Below are positions 53,265 to 64,000 of a DNA stretch of 64,000 bases, one piece after another. The notes beneath the pieces were generated by a model. The model ran no database searches and was not told the origin of the DNA. It was given only the letters and a program-made list of their open reading frames with translations. Made by a program: the position numbers and the translations under genes. How positions within the stretch are numbered: position 1 is the stretch's first letter; each line of letters opens with the position of its first letter. The stretch is from the human T2T-CHM13v2.0 reference genome, Homo sapiens, in the NCBI RefSeq assembly GCF_009914755.1, contig NC_060947.1; one strand, given 5' to 3'.

Positions 53265-53728
53265 TTCAATAAGAGTCTCCTTGACAAAACTCCATTCAAG
53301 CTTCTCTGAATTGTCCTCCCAACTAGGATTCGATTCCTGGGTTTTCATGTTCTTCTCTGCATTGCCCAATTTTAGCCAAAACCCTGCTAAGCCAGTTTAG
53401 CCAGAATCCCCTACTCTACATCTGATTGTGTTCCTCATCCCTAGCAATCCTCCAAATGATATCTGATGGCTGGTCTGACCTCACCAAGAATCATGTTAGG
53501 TAGGTTTAGCCAGAATCCTCCCTTATCCCTGATGTCTTCGATTAGTAATTTCTCTCCAACTACACCTTCTCCCCTACATTCTTGACTGTAAATTTCCACT
53601 TTTCTTTATTGTATTTAGAATTGATTTCAGTTCTATTCTGAGATATTTTTCCCCCTTATTGCAGTAGTTTTTGGGTAAAATATGTTCTACTGCTTTAACT
53701 GCTATCCAGCTCTAGCTTTTCTTTGACA
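53265..53728 (+). mobile_element. MER31-like ERV1 solo LTR
   Basis: tctccttgacaaaact...ctgctaagccagtttagccagaatccc (repeated)...tttctttgaca. Confidence 0.7.
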
Positions 53729-55878
53729 AACATTCACAGATTGTATAACAATCATCACAATCAACATACAGAATACTACCATCACCTCAAAATCTTTCTC
53801 ATGTTATCTCTAAAAGATAATTTTAAAATTTAAGTTTTTATTTTTATACGCTTTGTGTCACAAATATTATACTAAGATGCATTTGTAGAAAAATATAGAC
53901 TATAAAATTGAACCTAATCTACTGCCAATTATATTTGCTTCTGTGATCTTAAAATACACACAGAAACAGTGAGATAGAAAGGTTCTCTGAGCTAAAAGGC
54001 TGACCCCCAGATGAATTTATTTAACCAATAATAGAGATCAAAGATAAAAGAAACACACAAAGCTGCAATCATTAATATCAACTATAGATAACATTAAACA
54101 GCTGAAAACAAGGTATTCAATGTTATTAACATTTATCCTGAATTGTATTCCTCCTATAAACGTATCCTTAAAGGTGAATTTCCTCTTCTTAATATGCATA
54201 TATACATTATTATTTTTAATACAGAGACATCACACAGAAGATATTGGTTCACATCACAGTTAGATTCCTAACATGTCTGAGTAAAATAGCATATTGATTT
54301 ATATATGGTGACTGTTTTCAATTGATATAAAAATATTTACTGTTTAATAAAGCTAGTTGTTGCTTTTGGAACAATATAAAAAATGAAGAAACTATAGATT
54401 TCTATATACTTGCTAAAATTACTGTGTGTTAAAAAAGATATCAGAAGGTTCTATGCTTTAGACTTTAAACACCACTGCTGCTTTTCCAACGTTACATTAA
54501 AGGCTATTCCCAGTGACTGGTCCTCATTATTCTTTTATAAAGTCAGATTTTCTAGGGGTCCTTATTTTGCAATTCAGTTACCTTCTATGTATTTAAGGGG
54601 CAGTATAGGTTAAATTCTATCAATTGTTAGACTTGCATCCATAACTACTAAACATACTCAGTTTCTTCTTTATTCTGTGAAACTCTAAGTCAGGTAAAGT
54701 CCTTTGCAACTAATAATTTTAATGTAAACAAAGCTCTAAAGACAAAAATTTGATAACAGATTTGAAACCAAAATCTTGACCCAATGAGGCCCAAATTGCA
54801 ACTTCTTAATCACTCCATCATTGTAATATACGTGACTATCTAGGGGAAGACATTTTTTATTATTTTGGGTCATCTGCATTTAAATGAATACATTATGAAG
54901 AAAACATGCATAGCACAAGTGAGCTTTTATTTTTCCTTTTAGTTAATGTAGATTTAGTGTGTTTTACTGTTTTAGTTCAAAGTAGGCAGGTTCACAGACT
55001 TTGAATAATAGTAATATCAGAAATTCAAGTGTACTGAAAGGAGGAGACAAATACTGTGGTTTTTAAGTTCATTTTAGGTAAATGAACTGAATGCTGGTTA
55101 TTCCTGCATATAGATTTATTAATGAACAAAATAAGAGAATACTGAGAATAGTTTTTGCAGAGTGAGAGCAAGATATCAGCAAATAATTTAGTTCTATAAA
55201 TAGGGATACCACATTGCAACTCAGTCTGAAAGACTTATTTGAGATGAATGACCCCATTTTATTTTGTTATTTTAATATTTTAAAATAAAACATGGAAGTT
55301 AAAGATTTAACTTTTTTTTTTTGATGTATCCAAAAACTAGATCCAAATATCTGAAATAATAAGGCTGTTTGGAGGATTGTTTTCATCTAATTCATATAGT
55401 ATAATATCCATGATTTTCTAAAATAACTTTATTGTGTGAATATGTCATGCCATAATTTTTGTTTTTTTTTTAGTATGAATGCCCTCATTCCTCAAAGTCA
55501 ACCTTTGATATAAGTGTAAATAGACTTCATCAGTGTGTTCAGGGAAAAGATAAGAAATATAAAACTGTTAAAAATTTGTATGCATATTTAAAAAAAAATT
55601 TGTACTTCATCCTTTCTCAGACACAGCCCCAAAGCCAAGACAAATAATATGATAGAAGATTTCATTCTAAATAAAAATCTTCTTTTTAAAATGGTAACCT
55701 GAAGCTGTATAATAGTATTTGTACAATAACTAATTCTTATATTGAAAGTTTAGTGAGGTATCTAGGCAGCACTTGCCATGTTTGCAGTTTATTAAGCAGT
55801 TTGAAGATGGTTGAACATTAGATACAAAAATAATTGAAGCTCAATACTGTTAGGTTTAGTAAGAACATAATGTGTCTT

Positions 55879-56187
55879 CTCTTTCCTTTTTTTCTTTTGT
55901 TTTTTTTGAGATGGAGTCTCGCTCTGTTGCCCAGGTTGGAGTGCAGTGGCACGATCTCAGCTCACTGCAACCTCCACCTCCTGGGTTCACGCCATTCTTC
56001 TGCCTCAGCCTCCAAGTAGCTGAGACTACAGGCGCCTGCCACCACGCCCGGCTAATTTTTTGTATTTTTAGTAGACACAGGGTTTCACCATGTTAGCCAG
56101 GACGGTCTCGGTCTCCTGACCTCGTGATCCACCCACGTCGACCTCCCAAAGTGGTGGGATTACAGGCGTGAGCCACCGTGCCCAGCC
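55879..56187 (-). mobile_element. AluY/Sc-like
   Basis: Full Alu; TSD cataatgtgtctt. Confidence 0.95.
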
Positions 56188-56940
56188 CATAATGTGTCTT
56201 TTTAAATTAATTAACTCTTAAGATCAGTGGAGTGTGTAGATGTTTACTTATATTTCTATCTTCACTTAGCTGTTCCCAGGATGAAAAAAAAAAAGACTAG
56301 TGGCTCTGTTAAACCCTGAAAATTAGCTTAATGATCTTACCTCTTCATCCTTTCTACCAATCTGGCCCCTTTTAAACCCCCGAATGTAATCATTGGTACT
56401 CATTGGTACTATCTTCCTCTTGATTTCAGAGAACACCTCCTTGCAAATTTGTTAATTTTTCTCTTTTACTGTATTAAATCACTTACTGAGTAAAGTAATT
56501 CTTTCCTTGAAATGCGATTTGGTTTCTTCTTTGCTCTCCATTTCTATGCCATTTCCACTTAAACTTGTCCCTGCATTGTTGCAAAAACCTAACTGGTTTC
56601 TTTGATGTGACAAAATTAGAGAGATTACCTTTTTGATAGTAAGGTCAAAGCTCACCTACTAATCTGGACATCTAAAGCTGTCCTTCAATCAAATGCTCTC
56701 ATTCCTCTGCTTCCTATCTTCTTCACTCATTCCATAATAACATTCCTTGTTACTTCTAAGCATACCTCTTCTCTTTCAGTTGACCATGATCCTTTCCATC
56801 TCATAGGCACTGCTTTTTATTTTACAACAATGACTTTGCTTATAAAGATCACTTCACCTAATATGTTCCCTGGCACATTGCTCCCTGTTCAAACAAGCCT
56901 TCATAAAAACCCAGATGTTTTAATATTATATTGATAATCA

Positions 56941-57350
<410 letters not shown>

Positions 57351-57683
57351 GAACATGAGTGCTTAATCTGTCTATATATTTGCAACCTTTTGTCATTCTT
57401 TCTCGATCTATCTTAAGCTTCTCTTTGGCGAGTTCCTTGTGTTCTCACCTCATTTACATCATATCCCTAGTACCTAGTAAAGTTCAATTAACATCATAAA
57501 GTATTAAATAATGCTTACTAAGTGAATGGATCTCTCTGCAGCCATTACAAGAAGGAAAATAAAATTTCGTACCCATTTGAGGTGTTTAATTTTACATAGT
57601 TTGGACATTCATAGACTCAAACATTTTAGAACTTGAAGGATGGTAAGGGAGCATCTAAGTATTTACCTCATTTTATAGGTAAT

Positions 57684-58104
57684 TGCTGTGGTTTGGATAC
57701 TCCAAAACTCATGTTGAAACCTGATCCCCAGTGTTGGGGGTGGGGTGTAGTAGAAGGTGGTTGGGTCATGGTGGCTGATTCCTCATGAATGGCTTCGTGC
57801 TCTCCATACTGTAATGACTGAGTTCTCTCTCTATTAGTTCACGTGAGAGCTGATTGTTTAATAGAGCCTGGCACCTCCCTCCCCACTCTCTGTATATCCC
57901 TCTCCTGCTATGTGATCTCTGCACCTGCAGCCTCCTCTTCGCTTTCTGTCATGAGTGGAAGCAGCCTGCACCACTCAACAGAAGCATATGCGGTCCCCAT
58001 ACTTCTTGTATAGCCTGCAGAACCATTAGCCAAATAAATATATTTTCTATATAAATTACCAAGTATCAGGTATTCTTTTATAGCAACAGAAACAGATTAA
58101 GACA
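57684..58104 (+). mobile_element. MSTB-like MaLR solo LTR
   Basis: tgctgtggtttggat...aaactcatgttgaaa...tcaggtattcttttatagcaacagaaacagattaagaca. Confidence 0.9.
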
Positions 58105-59317
58105 ATAGTGGTACAATAGGAAGAACATAAAGAAAATATTCTAAGAGTTCAATTACTCAGTAGAAAGGCCAAAGCATTATGTTTTTGGGTTTCCAAAGCT
58201 CTGCTTCAGTATGTTCCAGGATTGTTCTAGGTAGTCTATTTAGTGCACATTCTTTGAATTCTCAGACACTGCTAGGTGCCTAAGCACAGGAGTTCTACAA
58301 ATAATGTGTGATAGAGCATTACATTTGTATGGATAAGTACTAAGGTAATCAAGTTTTGGTGGATTCAAATCAAGTTTGGTGGATTCAAAATACTGAATCT
58401 CCTCTGTCAACTAGAAAACTTCCTTTTGGTTTTATGTACTACAGTTGAGCACAAAAAATCCATATGTCCAAAATCCTAATGTTACCAAAAAATGTGTGTT
58501 TTGAGGGTTAGGTGATTCCAGAGTGGCTGGAGTTTAGACAATAGAAGAGCAAATACCAGAAATGTCTCAAAAGGGAAGTAGGAAATAGATCACCATGCAT
58601 TGCCTTCAATATGTTCAGATTTTATTCTCAAGGTAATGGGAATTCACTGAAGAGGTTTCCACTTGTAAGTGACCTGTCCAAATATGTTTTGTTTATTCTA
58701 TATCAAAGTTATAGGCATACATGTTTTAAAAAACTTGTTGTAGGTGGTCACTAAAATTATTTTAGTTATTTATTGTGGTATTTACTACTAGGTTTCATAA
58801 TAACATGCTTATACTATTATTCCTTGATTTTCAGTGCTGTATGTAATGTAATGACTACTTACTATGGAAGATGAGCCTATTGTTCACTTACCACCACCAT
58901 CACCACCACACACTAAGGGCACCCCACTGTTCTTTAGCACATGCATACTCTCCCACCCCTACAGTAGTGGCCATGGAAATCTCTTACTCAGATGGCCAGC
59001 TCCAGGGAGCACAGTTGACTGATATTCCATGCTGCCACACCTCTGGATTCACCATTTACATTGTGCTAAAATTTTGCATTCCTTAGGCTGCTCTTGGCCA
59101 ATGACTAAGTATGCCAGTGGTAGCAGAAAATAGTTTTGACCTTACAGATTCGTTGAATTTATGTTGTGAATGACTAGCAGTCCTGGATCCCACTTTGAGA
59201 ACCACTGACCTATGCTGCCTTCAATCTACCACACAGCTGAAATTCAGATATTTGTTTTAGAACAATCACTCTGACAGAACAAAGACACAGGCATACCTAG
59301 GAGATATTGCAGGTTTG

Positions 59318-59428
59318 GTGAGAGCTGATTGTTTAACAGTGCCTGGCACCTCCCTTCCCTCTCTCTCTATCTTCCTCTCCTGCCGTGTGATCTCCGTACA
59401 TGCAGGCTACTCTTCACCTTTGGTCATG
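59318..59428 (+). repeat. 111-bp MST internal fragment colinear with 57843-57953
   Basis: Ungapped, same length; interrupts the Tigger1 terminus (gg|ttccagacc). Confidence 0.85.
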
Positions 59429-60622
59429 TTCCAGACCAACACAATAAAGCAAATATCACAATAAAGTAGGCCATGTACATTTTTTTGGTTTCCCAATGCA
59501 TATACAAGTTATGTTTGTACTATACATTAGTCTATTAAGTATGCAACAGCATGTGTCTAAAAATGTATATACTTTAATTATAAATGCTTTATTGCTAAAA
59601 AATGTTAATGATCATCTGAGCCTTCAGTGAGTCATAATTTTTTTTGCTGGTCCAAGGTCTTGTCTTGATGTTGATGGCTGCTTACTGTTCAAGGTGGTGA
59701 TTGCTTAAAGTCAGGTGGCTGTGGCAATTTTTAAAAATAAAACAACAATGAAGTTTGCAACATCAATTAACTCTTCTTCTTATGAAAGATTTCTCTGTAG
59801 CATGCAATGCTGTTTCATAGCATTCTACCCATAGAATATTTTTCAAAATTGAAGTAAATGCTCTCTCAAACTATGCTGCAGATTTATAAACTAAGTTTGT
59901 ATAACATTCTAAAACTTTTTGTCATTTCAACGTGTTCAGTTTCTTCACCAAAAGTAGATTTTATCTCAAGAAACCACTTTCCTTACTCTCCCATCAGAAG
60001 CAACATCTCATCTGTTCAAGTTTTTTCATGAGATTATAGCAATACAATCACATCTACAGGCTCCACTTCTAGTTCTTTTGCTATTTCCTCCACATCTGAA
60101 GTTAATTTCTCCACTGAAGGCTCAAACTTCTCAGAATCATCCATGAGGGTTGGAATCTATATCTTCTAAATTCCTGTTAATGTTGATGTTTCTACCTCCC
60201 CTCATTAATCACAAATGTTCTTAACGGCACCTAGAAGGGTGAATTCTTTACAGAAGGTTTTCAATGTACTTTGCCCCGGTCCATCAGAGGAATCAACATC
60301 TATGGCAGCTAGAGCCTTACAAAATATATCTCTTAAATAATAAGATTTGAAAGCTTAAATTACTCCTTAATCCATGAGCTAAAGAATAGATGTTGTGTTT
60401 GCAGGCATAAAAGCAACATTAATCTCCATGGACACGTCCATCATAGAACTTGGGTGACCAGGTGCATAGTTAATAAGTAGTAATATTTTGAAAGAAATCT
60501 TATTTCTGAGCCATAGATCATAAAATTGGGTTTAAAATATTTAATACACGATTCTGTAAATAGGTGGGCTTTCACCCAGGCTTCATTGTTCCATGTATAG
60601 AGCACAGGCTTAGTAGATTTAG

Positions 60623-60932
<310 letters not shown>

Positions 60933-62052
60933 GCATAATTCTTAAAGACCCAAGGATTTCCAGAATGGCAAATTAGATTCAGCTTCAACTTAAAGTCACT
61001 AGCTGCATTAGGCCATAACAAGAGATTCAGCCTGCCTTTTGAAGATTTGAAGCCAGACACTGACTTCTCCTCCCTAGCGATGAAAGTCCTTTATAGCATC
61101 TTCTATCAATATAACCCTATTTTGTCTGTACTGAAAATCTGTTGTTTAGTGTCACCACCTTCATCAATTATTTTAGCTAGATCCTCTGGATAATATGCTG
61201 CAGCTTTCACATCAGCCCTTCCTGTTTTGCCTTACGGAGACGGCTTCTTTCCTTAAATCTCAAGAATCAAACTCTGCTAGCTTCAAACTTTTTCTTCTGC
61301 AGCTTCCTCGCCTTTTATAGGATTAAAGAGAGTTACGGCCTTCTTCTGAATTAGGCTTTGGCTTAAAGGAATGTTATAGCTAGTTTGATCTATCTAGATT
61401 ACTAAAACTTTCTTCACATCAGCAATAAGGCTGTTTTGCCTTTTCATCATGTGTGAATTCACTACAGTAGCACTTTTAATTTTCTTCAATAACTTTTCCC
61501 TTGCACTCACAAATTGATTAACTGTTTGGTGCATGAAGCACAGCTTTCAGCCTATCACAGCTTTGAATATTTCTTCCACAGTAAGTTTAATCATTTCTAG
61601 TTTCTCATTTAAAGTGAGAGATATGTTACTGTATTTTTTCCACCAGAACATTTAGAAGCCATTTTAGAGTCATTACTTGGCCTAATTTTAATATTCTTGT
61701 CTCTCAGAGAAGAGGGAAGACTAAAAAGAGGGAAAGTGAAATGGGAGTGGTGGGTTGATGGAGCAGTCATAACACATTCATTTATTAAGTTCACTGTCTT
61801 ATATGAGTGCAGTTCATGGTGCCTGCAAACAATTATAATAATAATAATATTAAAGATCACTGAGTACACTACTGCACACACAGGTCATTATGACAGATTT
61901 AATAATAATGAAAAATGTTTAATATATTTCAAGAATTACTAAAACATGACACAGAGACATAGTGATCACATGCTGTTAGAAGTATGGTGCCAATAACATT
62001 GTTTGATGCAGGAGTGACATAGATCTTCCATTTTTAAAAATGCAATATTTAT

Positions 62053-63612
62053 TCTGGTTCAAAATACCTGACTAGAGACATTAGACATTTATGTTTTCCA
62101 GAAAACAAAGGACCAAATTATGAATAGACAATTATGCTACAAATAAAGCATCTAGGAGAGGAACACTAGAGTCCAGCAGAGAAGTCATGGGAAACACCTG
62201 AAGCACAGAAAAAGATGGATGTCAGTAGCCAGCTCAGCTGACATTGGCTGAAGCCTAGAGGAGCTTGCTATTGCAGGTAAAGAGTAAGTGAGGAAATGTT
62301 AGTAGTCCACATCACCACCATTAATAGTTGCAATCCAAACAACAGGGAGAGCTCCGCTACCCACAGAAATGCTGACTACCATTGTCAGTAATCTGGAGAC
62401 CCTGTAAGAGCATTACACCAGACAGGGGATGTGTTCTTGGTCGCTCACACCCCAGACACCTAAGTGGTTGGATCAGGGCACCATTGTGAGAGCATAGCCA
62501 TAATGGGACTGTATCCTGCCCTGGGGAGCCACAGCCTCCATATCTCCACATTCTGGGAGCTCCAACATATATCCCCCGGTGTTACAGCTACAGTGGTACA
62601 GTGCTGGCTGAACCCAAAGGTGTCACAGGATTCTCAAGACTCTAGCCAATAGGGAGTACCACTCCCTGAGAATAGAACAGTGCAGCACACCAAAAGATGA
62701 CCAAAGCACATGCTTTCCAGAGCCCAAGAGCTCTGGTGCTGTGAAAAGAGATTCTTTTCCCAGCAGTGGCACAAACTTTTGCTTGGACTGGCAGGCAAAC
62801 AGTATGATCCCCTCTCCCACTTGGCACTCTGTCACAGCAGTTGCTGCAACTAGAAACCCAGGTTGGTGAGTCTGAAAGTTGACCCTCTGAGGCTGGAGGA
62901 AGTGACTCTACCTCAACCATCACAGTGGCCTCTGTGCTCAGTCTCCTCTGTAGAGAGAAGTACCCCCTTTTCTTCTCTGCACACCGCTGCAGCCACAGAT
63001 GCTGCTGCTGCTACCAAGGACTGGGGTGAATGAGCAAAATTGCTACCCGCCTGGGGTTGTGAGTAGTGATAGTCCTCCCACTGGTGGCATGGCCTCAGTG
63101 CTTGGGCTCACTCACAAAGAGTGGGGCCATTCCACACCTTTACATGGTGCTGTCATGCTGTCTCTGCTGCTTAGAGTGGGCAAGCATGAGAACTACTTGT
63201 CCAGGGCTTTGGGTGTTCAATCTGCATTGCAACAACTGCCAAGACCAGCACATACTCCAAATAATGTTTTTTGCAGCAACTTAGATGGAGCTGGAGCTCA
63301 TTACTCTATGTGAAGCAACTCAAAAATGAAAAATCAAATACTGTATGTTCTCACTTACAAGTGGAAATTAAACTATGGGTATGCAAGGGCAGACAGATTG
63401 CTATAATGGACTATGGAGACTCAGAAGGAAGAGTCAGAAGGGGTAAGTGATAGAAAATTACATATTGTATACAGTATACACTACTTGGGTGATAAGTACA
63501 CTAAAATCTCAGACTTCATCATAATACAATTCATCCATGTAACCAAAAGCCATTTGTACCCCCAAAGCTATTGAGATAATAAAATTAGAAAATTTAAAAA
63601 TAAAAAAAATTA
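62053..63612 (+). mobile_element. L1PB-type element: 5' UTR joined to 3' end, ORFs absent
   Basis: L1 5'-like start (ctgactagagacatt...aacactagagtccagcagagaagt), GC-richer UTR, then tttgcagcaacttagatggagctggag...aattcatccatgtaaccaaaa...gctattga and A-rich tail. Confidence 0.65.
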
Positions 63613-63659
63613 AATACATGGCTAGTTTCTATGTGCTAAAAAAAGAAACAAAACACTTC

Positions 63660-64000
63660 CAAATTGGAAAAAAGGAAATAAAACTGTCCCTCTTTGCAAA
63701 CAACATGATAGTATGTCTACACAAATGTAAAGACTCTACCAAGAAACTTTTAGAAGTGATAAATACAGTGAAGTTTTAGGATACAAAATTAACATTAAAA
63801 CACAGGAGCATTTCCATATAGCAATAATGAAATATCCAAAAAAGAAATCAAGAAGGAAATTTTATTTACAATGCTAAAGAAAATAAAGTACCCAGGAATA
63901 AATTTAACAGTGAAGGTGGTGTGTTCTCTATAAGGAAAACTACAAAATACTGATGAAAGAAATTGAAGAGGACACAAACAAATTGATAAACATCCCATGT
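63660..64000 (+). mobile_element. L1 ORF2 (RT region) fragment, runs off the window
   Basis: aaattggaaaaaaggaaataaaactgtccctctttgcaaacaacatgata corresponds to a decayed KLSLFADDM motif. Confidence 0.85.

Noticed and set aside
58347-58390. Short tandem duplication aatcaagtt(t)tggtggattca; also tcattggtac x2 near 56390
   Set aside because: Ordinary slippage duplications.
58871-59086. His-run ORF (YHHHHHH)
   Set aside because: It comes from a short (CAC)n repeat, with no other coding evidence.

Overview
Human (two diagnostic AluYa5 insertions), repeat-rich DNA with no protein-coding gene I can support; it is intergenic or deep-intronic. The flanks are ordinary transposon mosaic: an ERV1 provirus at 366-6968 (-) with both LTRs and TSD, a solo HERV-H LTR7, MaLR/ERV LTRs, several L1s, a near-full Tigger1, MER DNA elements and about a dozen Alus. 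The striking feature is a ~19 kb tandem array (24496-43465) with a 37-bp period. Its core monomer (GGTGTCGTAAAATACCGACGTATATGTTATATTCGTC) is only ~38% GC yet has 5 CpGs, is a 27-nt quasi-palindrome plus a 10-nt GTCGTAAAAT segment (posterior-HOX/CDX-like motif), and shows higher-order structure including a recent 5,910-bp-period duplication. At both ends it grades through intermediates into a pure-AT repeat of the same period and register, which looks like a record of a CpG-rich satellite arising from an AT repeat. Repeat family names come from recalled consensus sequences, not a database search, and subfamily calls are approximate.
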